This document shows, piece by piece, positions 53,696 to 64,000 of a stretch of 64,000 bases of DNA (positions are counted from its first letter, which is position 1; each line of letters begins with the position of its first letter). The position numbers and the translations under genes are program-made. The DNA is taken from contig CAUYUJ010000014.1 of the NCBI GenBank assembly GCA_963575745.1, forward strand, positions 1-64,000. Direction: 5' to 3'. The stretch is from Prorocentrum cordatum. Taxonomy: Eukaryota. The notes under the pieces are model-generated. The model was given only the letters and a program-made list of their open reading frames with translations. It searched no databases and had not been told where the DNA came from.

Positions 53696-56301
53696 CTCTT
53701 CACTTATCGAGCGTAAGAAAGCCTCTTGGAGGCAAGAATTGCCACGTATAGCAGCGTCCCAATGTGCTGATTGTTCTTTACTCCATACCTGAATTTCTTC
53801 TTCACGAATCATTGACCATACTCGGCCCAGCATAGAGACCAGGCCTATCGCCCGATCTCCCGTGCTCTTCTTGGGTGTGAGCCGCGCGAGGATCAGGAGC
53901 ACCTGCACTGGCCACGTGAGGGTGGCCTCCACCGCCTCCAGCAGCAGGGCCATTTCGGCCAGGCCTGCTGCTGGGAGGCGCTCGTAGTCGACGGGCGTGA
54001 AGCCGTCCACTCCCGTGCCCGCGTTCGCCTTCATCCTTCGGCAAGCCTTGACTATGCTGGCGGGGCCGATGGGCTCGAGCGGGGCGTCGACCGCCTCAGC
54101 TCGGATCTGCCTGAACAGCTCCCTGGTGTCGCTGAGGCTGACGGCAGTGGGAGCCCATAACTGCTTGTAATGCTTCATCTTCTCGTCCATGATCTCTTTG
54201 GGGTGGTAGATGGTGCGTCCGTCCATGGCCAGCTCGACCGCTGGTAGAACCTTGGGCTTCAGGGACTTGTGGAGGATCCCACGCGCCTTCGGCTCCGGCA
54301 CCCACTCACGGAAGTCGTGCAGCGATGACTGGACTGCTATCCGCTGGGCTCGAGCTGCCACACGTTTGGCACATCGTTCCCAAGATTCCAAAACTGGTAG
54401 GGCGACCTGGCCTCCGCAACGCAGAAACTCGGTCCACTTCTCCCACGGCGGGTCCTTATCGAGCCTTAGCAAACCATGGGCGTCGGCAGGAACATCACCA
54501 AGGAGCTTATGACAAGCGGTACGGTAGCCATCCAGTTGCACATGTCCGTTGTCACGCGACGTGTGCCGCAAGACTCCAGCCACAACTGTGCACAGTCTCG
54601 TCCACCACTGAGCACGACCGTCTCGGAGGTGGAGCTGCCGTCGGTGCGAAGCCTCGTGGACAGAGCGCACCCGAAACTGAGGACCATTCGCATGCGGCGT
54701 GCCAGCCATGGCTTGATCGTGGTGCGCAAGGATGGCGCGCTCTGCCGTGGTCGCCCACGCAGCATATAAACCTGATATTGTGGCGGAGTGTTTTGGTTCG
54801 AGCCGAAACGCTACGGAGTGCAGCAAAGGAGGGGGGACATATTCTAAACAAGTTGCTCCTGACGCAAACCCAACATCTTCCCGAATCTGACACCACAAAT
54901 CCTGCGGTATCTTGAACGAAGGCTCGGGGGGGGTCGCGGCAGGGCCAGTCTGTTCGGGCTCGGCTCCTCGGGTGCCTTCCGTGGCTTGATCGTTTAAAAC
55001 GTCGGGGGGGACTGGCTCGAATTGGGGGGAGGGCTGAGACCGCACACAGACGCACCGTTGCCAGCAGTCGCACCAGTCTCCCGAAGACTGTCACGCGCTG
55101 GCTGATTCGGAGTCCTGGGCGCGGGGAGAGGGGCCGAGGGAGGAGCGGCAAGGGCTGGCGTGACAATATGTTGGCTGATCGTCACGCCAGGACAGAAATT
55201 AAGCTCATTTCCCAAAGGATCGGGCTCATCAGGCCAGACGTCGAGATCGAGCTCTGGTTCAAAATCTTGAGTCGCAGGATCCGTCCCTATAGGACCCTCA
55301 ACTCTCCCTACATCGTCGTGAGACTCAGACTGGACACAGTCCCCAAAAAGTGAATTTATAATCCCAACACGCTTGGCAGCAGCCTCGGCTTGGGCCGACT
55401 GCCTCAGAGTCTTCGCACGGGAGCTCTTGGACCCAAGAGTGGGAGCCGTCTGAGGCCTAGCCACCTGGGGCAGCCTAAGGGGCATCTCGAGGACCCTGGT
55501 GACCAACTGGAGGCCCGAGCTCCTAAGAGTGAGGTGCAGGCCTACATGTGGTTTCCAGCTCACATCACGGACGACAGTCAGATCCTTGACGAAGGGAAGG
55601 GCAGATTGCGAGCAGACCATATAATCCAAGAGAGAGTCTGGAGCATTTTTCCTCGCGCACGTGCCAACACCTCCTTGCGCCACACGAATGATCCCGTCTA
55701 CCAGCTGAATGAAGCTGGAGGCCTGCAGCACGGTGGGGTCCACGTTGAAATCGCCGATGACGAGCCGCGGAATGCGTGCCGACTTGAGCAAACCTCCCAG
55801 TCGGCCATACCGACGCTTGTTGTGGCCCGTCATCTGTATCGAAGAGTAGCCGTATAGCAAGACGACCAAGAGGCTGTAGCCCGCCTGGTGAATCACCATC
55901 GGCAGGAAGCCGTCCAGCGCCGACGTCCCAACATCGGATAACTGAGCAGCTGCTGCCCGAGCTTCAGGGAGAAGGTGCGCTTGAAGATGCTTCCGTGCTA
56001 GGAACATTTCTCCACCTTCATTCGATCTGTCTTGCTTGTCAGCTGAAACTGTCTTGCCCGACTCGCGTGCTGGATTGTGGTACAATCTGAGCTTCTGCAG
56101 TCGAGCCTTTTTGTCCCATTCATGCAGTTCGGCAGAGGAGTGAACATGTGTCTCCAGGAAGCCGAAGAAGTGGCAGGTAGCCGAATTCTTGACCAGGTAC
56201 TTCCAAACTTTGTCAGAGAGCTCCGTCACGTTCGCCACAAACATGTGCGTGAACTCCTGACCCTCGGTTGTGTTACGGGTCCGAGGCGAACCCTCCTGCA
56301 T
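53696..56301 (-). pseudogene. LINE ORF2 (endonuclease plus start of RT), one frameshift
   Basis: ORFs 54994-56301 and 53696-55045 overlap in different frames. Confidence 0.8.
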
Positions 56302-56304
56302 TTG

Positions 56305-57486
56305 TCAAGCCGAGGCCGCGGCAGCCGCCCCAGCCTCCTGGCCAGGCGTTGCGCTCCCACCAGCGGCGGCGGCCGCTGGGTCGCCTTGCCTGGGGGCGGC
56401 CGTGCTCTCGGAGCCCATGCCCTTCGCCTTGGCCGTCTCGATCATCGCCTGGTAGCGCGCGTCGGACAGCTTCTTCGCCTCCTCTTTGAGCTTCTCGGTG
56501 CGCTTGGCGTCCTCGCCGTCGGCCTGGGGCATCGGTAAGTCCTTCGAGCCCTCCGCCGCTGGCGCCTCTGCAGGCTGGGCCTCTGGTGGAGGGGCCACGT
56601 CGCCTGCCTTGCCCTTGCGCTTCTTGGACATCCTGTCCGTGATGTCCTGCTGGAACTGCTTGGCCTGCTCGAGCCACTGTGTGATCTCCTTCTCCTTACC
56701 TTCCAACTGGCCACGCGTGTTGAGAAGGTCCTGCTGGAGTGTCTGCAGTGCTGCTCGTTCAGGCTCTGTGCAATCCATCTGGTCCAGGCCCGCGAAGAAG
56801 GTCTCGTCCCACTCAAGCTTGAACATGGGTCCCTTCTGCTGGCTCTGGTTCTGTGTGTTGGCGTCCTGGACGCCCTCTGCCATGGCCACCGCTCGAGCCG
56901 CTGCCGTCTTGGCCTCCTTGGCCTCGGCCAGGCGCAGGGCGGCCGCCTCCTCTTTGGCCTCCGCTGCCTTCAGGCTGGAGCGAAGGCGGAGGACAGAGGC
57001 CACGGCTTGCTCGTGCAAGTGGTCCGCGTTCTTGAAGGCCCCGTCCGCCCTCTTCATGGCGTCGACGGGGTTGGCAGCAGACGGCGGCGGATCGTTCTGG
57101 ATCCGCGTGATCTGCGCCTTGAGGGTATTCTGCAACTCCTTATCGTTGGTCGCTGCCAAGGCCTTGCGCAAGTGCTGCGAGACCTCAGTGCCACCGCCCT
57201 TGCCACTGCGCTTGACGCCCGACGGGGAGGGGCTGCGGCTGCGCCGAGCCGACCTGCTGCCGCCGCCGCCGCCCGTGTCGCTGCCGAGCTCCTCCTCGCA
57301 CTCGTGGAAGTCCTCGATGTCGTCGGCCTCCGCGTCAAGGTCGAACCTGACCGTGCCTCGGACTGGCTTCTTGTAGAGCGTGAGAACGGTTTGGCAGCCA
57401 GGGCACTTCCGCTGCTTCATGCTAAGGATCGAGTTCCACTCGCAACGCTTGCATTTGTCGCACCTCGTCCACGGGGGCGTCGACAT
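56305..57486 (-). CDS. LINE ORF1 protein with N-terminal C4 zinc finger and coiled coils (393 aa)
   Basis: WTRCDKC..W....KCPGC followed by Ala/Glu/Lys-rich helical segments; intact ORF directly upstream of ORF2. Confidence 0.8.
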   Translation of the reverse strand: MSTPPWTRCDKCKRCEWNSILSMKQRKCPGCQTVLTLYKKPVRGTVRFDLDAEADDIEDFHECEEELGSDTGGGGGSRSARRSRSPSPSGVKRSGKGGGTEVSQHLRKALAATNDKELQNTLKAQITRIQNDPPPSAANPVDAMKRADGAFKNADHLHEQAVASVLRLRSSLKAAEAKEEAAALRLAEAKEAKTAAARAVAMAEGVQDANTQNQSQQKGPMFKLEWDETFFAGLDQMDCTEPERAALQTLQQDLLNTRGQLEGKEKEITQWLEQAKQFQQDITDRMSKKRKGKAGDVAPPPEAQPAEAPAAEGSKDLPMPQADGEDAKRTEKLKEEAKKLSDARYQAMIETAKAKGMGSESTAAPRQGDPAAAAAGGSATPGQEAGAAAAASA

Positions 57487-57619
57487 GTCGCTAACGAGTG
57501 CTTCTGTTCCGTACGAAAAACCTCTGTCTTGGTCGTGGCCCCAGTGGTGTGGCTGACACCAGGGCCAAGTCCCTCAAGCACCACGTGGAGGTGCAGAGGA
57601 CCTGGGGGACGGCAAAATT

Positions 57620-57641
57620 CTCGAGCCCAAGTTGCTTGAGC
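57620..57641 (-). other. Truncated DinoSL (GCTCAAG) followed by an older SL relic
   Basis: Minus strand GCTCAAG|CAACTTGGGCTCGAG; the second part matches CCATTTTGGCTCAAG at 11/15. Confidence 0.6.
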
Positions 57642-57944
57642 AGGAGGAGGGTGGAGGAGGAGGGTGGAGGAGGAGGAGGAGAAGGATGAGGAGGGTGGAG
57701 GACGAGGAGGCGGACGAGGAAGAGGACGAGGACGATTGGAGGAGGAGGAGGAGGAGGAGGAGGCAGGAGGTGGGCACTGAGCACGGCGCGCCCCCCCCCC
57801 CCGCGCGCTCGCTCGCCTCGCTCAGCGCTTCCGACAGCGAGGAGAGCACGTTGCCCGACGGCGGCGGAGGAGCCTTCGAACCGGGCCTCGAACCGGGCCG
57901 GATGCTTTTCCTCGGGCGCGTCGCGTCGCCTCGTCATCACAGAC

Positions 57945-57948
57945 GTTG

Positions 57949-58020
<72 letters not shown>

Positions 58021-58049
58021 GCAACATCCTCATTATCATCATCATCATC

Positions 58050-58081
<32 letters not shown>

Positions 58082-58132
58082 CATCATCAGCAGCAGCAAC
58101 ATCAGCATCAGCATCAGCATCAGCATCAGCAT

Positions 58133-58171
<39 letters not shown>

Positions 58172-58636
58172 GAGCATCATCATCATCTTCTTCATCATCA
58201 TCATCATCATCATCTTCATCATCAGCATTATCAACATCATCATCAACAACATCATCATGTTCATCATCGCCATCATCAACAACATCGTCACCGTTGTCGT
58301 CGTCCACATCCGTATTGCCGTCATCATCGTCTTCATCGCCATCCTACTGAATCATCAACCTCCTTCGCCCCTTCTCCTTCTCCTCCTGCGCCCTCCGCCC
58401 GATCCTCCTGCTCATCATCCTTCTGCTACTCTTGCTGATGCTCCTCCTCGTCATGCTCTCTTTCCTTCCGTCCGCCGTCTCATCCCACTCATTCCTCCCT
58501 TCGCTCAGCCCGATCATCCAGCTCATCATCCTTCTGCTACTCCTGCTGCTGCTCCTCATCGTTCACTCTCTCCTTTCGTCCTCCGCCTCATCCAACCCAA
58601 CCCTCATCTACCTCACCATTACCCCAACAGTCTTAC

Positions 58637-58675
<39 letters not shown>

Positions 58676-59242
58676 GATCATCATCATCATCACCATCTCG
58701 TCATCAGCATCATCATCACTGGCATCATCAGCATCATCATCAACAATATCATCATAAGCATCACCATACTTATCGTCAGCATCACGAGCACCATCATCAT
58801 AATTCGTCATCCTCGTCGTCATCATCATCACCATCAGGATCGTTATCAGCATCATCATCATCAACATCATCAGACGCATCATCACCATGATCCGCGTCCT
58901 CAACATCACCATCCTCGTCCTCCTCCTCCTCATCATCACCACCACTCGTCATCGTGTTCGTAACCATAATCATAATCAGCAGCATCCTCATCACCATTCT
59001 GCTTATCATCATCATCACCACCATCATATCATCCGCATCAGCATGAGCATCATCAGCATCATCATCAGCAGCATCATCAGGAGCCTTAGCATCATCGTCC
59101 CCGTCGTCATCATCATCACCATCATCATAATCAGCAGCATGACCATAATCAGACTCATCTGCCTCATCATCACCCTCGTCATCATCAACAACATAATCAA
59201 CGTCATCACCACTCATCATCATCATCAACAACATCATCAATT

Positions 59243-59273
<31 letters not shown>

Positions 59274-59370
59274 CATCATCATCATTATCAGCATCATCAT
59301 TGCAACTAGCATAGTATTCCCATCGCCGATGTCGTTATTATCCATACCGTTGCCATCATCATCATCTTCC
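57945..59370 (+). repeat. Long degenerate (CAT)n/(CAG)n microsatellite region
   Basis: Directly visible. Confidence 0.95.
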
Positions 59371-60617
59371 GCACTATTCCGTGACCTCTGCACTGAAGGC
59401 CAACTACAGTCGCGGCAACTCGCCCTCTGCCTCTCCGGCGACGGCGCCGAGGGTCGGAGCAGGGCGAGCCGAGACGACGGCAGCTCGAGACCCGCCCCCG
59501 GGACCCCTCCTCCTCCTCCTCCTCCTCCTCCTCCTCCTCCTCCTCCTCAAGCGCACCAGTCCTCCGAGCTGCGTCCCGCCGTGGCGAAGCGGAGGCCCAC
59601 CGACGGCCCCCCCCCCGGCCCCTGCCCGGACCCCTCGCCCGGGGCCTTCCCCCACGGGGCCGGCTCGCCAGCCCGCATCGGGTTCTGGCAGCCCCCAGGA
59701 CCTCCTCCTCCTCCTCCTCCTCCTCCTTTTCCTCCTCCCCCTCCTCCTCCTCCTCCTCCTCCCCCTACTCCTCCTCCTCCTCCCCCTCACCCTCCTCCTC
59801 CTCCTCCTCCTTCTCCTCCTCCTGCCAAGGCCGGCCCATGGAGGGCCCGGGAAGCCACGAGGGGCGAAAGGCCTCAGGGCCGATCTCCCGCAGGACCAGT
59901 TTCCTCCATGTGAGGGGCACCGTTCGGAGGGGGGGGGGGACCAGGTCAGGGGGGAAGCATCCTCGAGTCGGCGATACGTCGGCGATGGAGCGGCGAGGCC
60001 ACCGATGGCGAGTACGAACTTCCGTGGGCGGGGTGGGGCTTTCGGGCACCTATCGGCTATGAGTGGGATATTGGGGGTCGTTGCATCCCACCCTGATCCG
60101 ATCCCGCCCAGTAATCCTCGTCGTCTGTCTTTCGAGTCTGAAATCGGGTCTCTGCTGGCTAGTTTGACGAAGCATGTGCCCCACCCACGGCGAGCTCTCG
60201 GCGAGGCGCAGCCGCTGGAGAGCACCCCGAGGCTTGGAAACCGCTAAGAGCTGGCGAAATTATCCGAAAATCTCAAACCTCGAACCTTCCTCCCCTGGGC
60301 CCATCCAGCCTTACCGTCGCCATTGATCATGGCGAGAATCGGGGATTCCCTTACCCGTGTCAAGGAATATCCGGGCTTGTCGGGCTTAGCAGGATCCTGC
60401 GCGCTAGACCAAGTCAATGCAACCCTGGCTCTGAAGGATCCTGTGTGTTCGGCTACACACAAGAATGGCCCTGTGCAAGAATGACATTTCGTGCGCGGCT
60501 TAACAGGGGGCGCGAGGTGGCAAAACCTGGGCGCGCAAGCCATTGCTACCGGTTTGCGCTCGGCGATCGGGGGACCCCATTGGGCCCGCACCAGAGGTCA
60601 CTCGTCGTCGTCGTCGT

Positions 60618-60702
<85 letters not shown>

Positions 60703-61798
60703 CCCCGTCTCCAGGGGCCCCGAGAGAGCGGGCAGCGCCGCCGGCCCGGGCAGGCGCGCGCGCGCGGAGCCTCGCGCCGAGGGGGCCGCTCGTCGACTGG
60801 GTGGGGCTGCGGTCGTCCTCGGACGCCTCGGGCGGCGGGGGACGGGCTGAAGCGATGGTGCTCCCATCCTGCGCATAAGGGCCCCGTCCCAAAAATAGTT
60901 TCGAGCACCCAGAGAAGTGTCAAAAGAGTGTCGAAACAGTGTCGGGCGAATGTCCCCCAGGGCCCGACACGTGAAAACCCTTGAAATTCGGAACTAGTTC
61001 TGGAAATCGAAGTTCTTTCTGGTGGTCAAAACTGAAATAGGTTGGAGCACCATAAGGCTTAGGTCGGGCATGTCCTCCTGCAGGCTGGTTTTGGACGAAG
61101 GATAAAACAATATTCCAAAATATTCTAAAAGGTAGCCACGAATCGTCCACAAATCGTGCCTATACTATCAGTGGACTATTTTTGAATATCCTCCTGCAGG
61201 GGGACACGCCCGGCTTCAGGTCGGGCATTGATCAACGGGCGGGGGGCGATACAGTCGGGTTGCTGAAAGAAGGAGCGGTAAGTAATAGACGAGCGCGCTG
61301 CACGACTCGCAGAAGTAGCTGCTCGCAAATGGACCGGATTCGCTGCGGGGGGCGTGCGATCCACTGCATCCAAGCAGACGTGTGCTGTTCTGACGTTGGC
61401 GAGCAGGCAAGTCGCGGGCAGTGGAACGCGCTCGGTGTTTAGCGGGGGGAGGGGCCGATACAGTCGGGCTGATGAGATAAGGAACGACGAATAAGGAACG
61501 ACGAAAGATGGGCCTGTTTTCCACCACCGCCACCACCATAAGTTGAATGGGCGGAAGGAGGAAGAGGACGAGGAGGAGGACAAGGAGGAGGACGAGGAGG
61601 AGGATCGATCGAGCTTTGGGGCCGATGTCTGGTTTCACGCCTACTCTGGAGCAAGCTACTTTTAAAATTCGTTTCTGGCTCGGCCTAGCTGTGGTCTCTT
61701 CGTAATGGGGGGGGGCGTCGCAGAACGCTCAGGCCCAGCCCGCACCACGTACCCCACACGAGGGTGTTGGGCGGGGTAGCACCCGCTCTCTCGGACGC

Positions 61799-62995
61799 CT
61801 ACTCTATGTCTGTGTCCTCTTCGTCGCTCGCGGTGTCGCTCGGCACGACTATTTCGACTATGCCTCTGTCGCCACGACCGAAAACACCTATGCGGGACCA
61901 CTCGGTGACTGCCTCCTCGATCCACTTGTGGAACGCGGTGTGCATCCACGGGGCCGTGACCTCGTACCCTTCTTCGAGCCTCGTCCTCACGACGTCATAT
62001 ACGATAACCATGAAAATGGGTGGCATCTCGCGCGCCGTCTTATCTTCGCGCCCCCACGTGCCCAGCGTCTCGTCCTGGTCGGCGTAGCTGTGCTGCTTCT
62101 CGTGCGTCGCGCGGGACTTGGTGGTCAGTGTCTCCTCCTGGTATGCGGAGCTCTGCTGCTCGAGGAGAGCGGGCGGCGTCTCGCGCGCCGCGTTCTCTTC
62201 GCGCCCCTGCGTGCCCAGCGCCTCGTCCTGGTCGCCGTAGCTCTACTGTTTCTCGTGCGTCGTGCGGTCCTTGGTGCCTTGCGCCTCCACCTGGTCTGTG
62301 AAGTACTGCTGCTCCAGGGCGGCGTCCTCGGTGCCCAGCGTCAAGTCTTGGTCGTCGCAGTTCTGCTTCTTCTCGTGCTTTTCGTGGTCCTTGGTGCTCG
62401 GCGCCTCCGCCTGGTTTGTGAAGCTCTGCTGCTCCAGGGTCGTGTTGTCCATGGTGCCCAGCGTCGCGTCCTGGTGGACGTAGATCTGCTGCTTCTCGCG
62501 CGTCGCGTGGGCCTTGGTGGTTTGCGCCTCCGCCTGGTCTGTGAGGTTCTGCTGCTCCAAGGTCGCGTTGTCCTTGGTGCCCAGCGTCGCGTCCTGGTGG
62601 TCGCAGCTCTGCTGCTTCTCGCGCGTCGCGTGGTCCTTGGTGCTCGGCGCCTCCGCCTGGTTTGCGATGCTCTGCTGCTCCAAGGTCGTGTTGTCCTTGG
62701 TGCCCAGCGTCGCTTCCTGGTAGCCGCAGTTCGGCTGCTCGTACGTCGCATGGTCCTCAGTGCCCGGCGCCTCGTCCTGGTCCGCGAAGCTCTGCTGCTG
62801 TTCCAGGGTCTTGGCGTCCTCGGGGCTCAGCTTCTCCTCCTGGTCCTCGTAATTACGCGGCTTCTCGTGTTCCGTTGTGTGCTTGGTGCCCAGCGTCGCG
62901 TTCTCCTCCTCCTCCTCCTCCTCCTCGTAGCTGCCATCTGGGCTTAAGAGATTGTCAGGGCAGCCCTGCACAGCCACCCAGTCATCACACAGCAC
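61799..62995 (-). pseudogene. Intronless ORF of ~40-aa (2x20) Gln/Glu/Thr-rich repeats plus a unique C-terminus, with one in-frame TAG
   Basis: ORFs 62243-62995 and 61799-62026 share a frame. The repeat EKQQS reads EKQ*S at 62243-62245, consistent with CAG>TAG. Confidence 0.5.
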
Positions 62996-63679
62996 GTGGA
63001 GAGACTAGCTGGGGTGGAGGCCCGCATGGCAGCAATGGCATGGACGGCCTCACGGCAGGTCAAGCTCCGAGTGCCGCGCAACGTGTGCCCGCTGGATCGC
63101 AGAGGCACCTTGCAGCGATTTCAAGCTCACAGAAACGAGCCAGACGCGGACTGCTCCTACACGGCGCCCGACAGACTCAACTGAACTACCTCGCCTTCGT
63201 GGCGCACGAGGCGGAGAAAGACTACGGAGGGCAGCACGAACACACGGCGACCGAGCAGCTGAACTTCACAGAACCCCCCTCCCCCTCCAACTTATGAGAA
63301 TGGTGGTGGAACACAGGCCTATCAACGAGCAAGGAACGCTTTGGCTTGAAACGGCCCCTGCGCGCACGAGGGGGGGGGCGCGAGGAACTGCCACGGGAGG
63401 GGCCCGAGGAACGGCGGGCCCCCCGCCGAGCCCAGGGCGGCCCCCGTCGTGTCACGTCTCGGCTCGGACCGTCGGGCCTGCCCTCCCGCCGGCGGAGTCC
63501 GGAAGGAAAGGGGGCGCACAGCGCAGGGCTGGACCCAAGCAGTGTTTTTTTCGTTTTCGTTTCCTTTTCCTTTTCCCTCGTTCTGTCTTGAGTTCGCCCT
63601 TGCTGCAGAACGGCATCGAAACGAACACGGCCCACGAAGTCGCCCAAGCACCGTTCAGGCCCGCCCCTGGCACAACGGC

Positions 63680-63852
63680 ATACTAGTACTATATGTTCTC
63701 CTGGGAGGCGCAGGTTGCAGTATATCGTTTCCCGAGCAGTGTGGCCAGAAAGCGCCCGCCAAGACGCATATACTATAAGAGTTCTCGGTGCGCGCGTCGC
63801 CCCTGGGGGGGGCGACGCACATATAGTATAAGTATGTTGGGGCGACGCCGAG
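63680..63852. repeat. Interspersed repeat family F (also 8830-9025 and pieces near 47700 and 47940)
   Basis: Shared GTATATCGTTTCCCGAGC..GTGG.CAGAAAGCGCCCGCCA.GACGCATA.ACTATAAGA..TCTCGGTGCGCGC. Confidence 0.8.
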
Positions 63853-64000
63853 AAAATAAGAGTAGTCAAAACACGATCGGACATGGTCAGAAATGGTCGA
63901 AGCGTTGTCTCCCGACTATTGTTGCATAGGTTTGAGCATTCCTCCTGGAGTGGGACATGCCCGACTGGAACGTGAATGGGGGGTGAAGACAGGTGCATCT

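Larger units (their letters stand above)
53696..57641 (-). mobile_element. Relatively intact APE-type LINE, 3' part lost in the gap
   Basis: 5' GCTCAAG plus an SL relic; ORF1 56305-57486. ORF2 starts 3 nt after the ORF1 stop, with endonuclease motifs FVANVT, GFLETH, IGDFNV, LLDYMV and WKPH, then a frameshift at ~55000-55045 and the RT N-terminus GTGVDGF..PKKSTGDRAIGL. Confidence 0.88.

Noticed and set aside
52907..55045. 712-aa ORF
   Set aside because: It reads through the N gap; only 53696-55045 is LINE ORF2.
60000..60590. Complex sequence possibly a transposase remnant
   Set aside because: I found no recognisable motif or sustained frame.
61928..62947. Plus-strand multi-pass membrane protein
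   Set aside because: It is most simply the antisense of the Gln/Glu/Lys-rich repeat frame, with no independent support.

Overview
This is a GC-rich, repeat-dense eukaryotic nuclear window, almost certainly from a dinoflagellate: it carries a perfect 22-nt dinoflagellate spliced leader (DinoSL), and the inferred introns use GC, GA and GT donors. It contains (i) scattered minus-strand exons of at least two intron-rich genes of unknown function, one at 1-3993 and one or two between ~22.4 and 53.5 kb; (ii) three minus-strand APE-type non-LTR retrotransposons (LINEs) at ~10.6-13.8, 33.8-39.5 and 53.7-57.6 kb; (iii) several MITE-like and short interspersed families, satellites and abundant (CCT)n/(CAT)n microsatellites; and (iv) a 100-N assembly gap. 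Two signals stand out. First, all three LINEs begin with a DinoSL or SL relic directly behind a simple-repeat tract, which suggests a life cycle that depends on trans-splicing. Second, most reconstructable introns are bounded by 7-11 bp direct repeats overlapping the splice sites, as expected of insertion-born (Introner-like) introns. Exon models were built by eye and need RNA-seq confirmation. Most ORFs in the supplied track are low-complexity artefacts.
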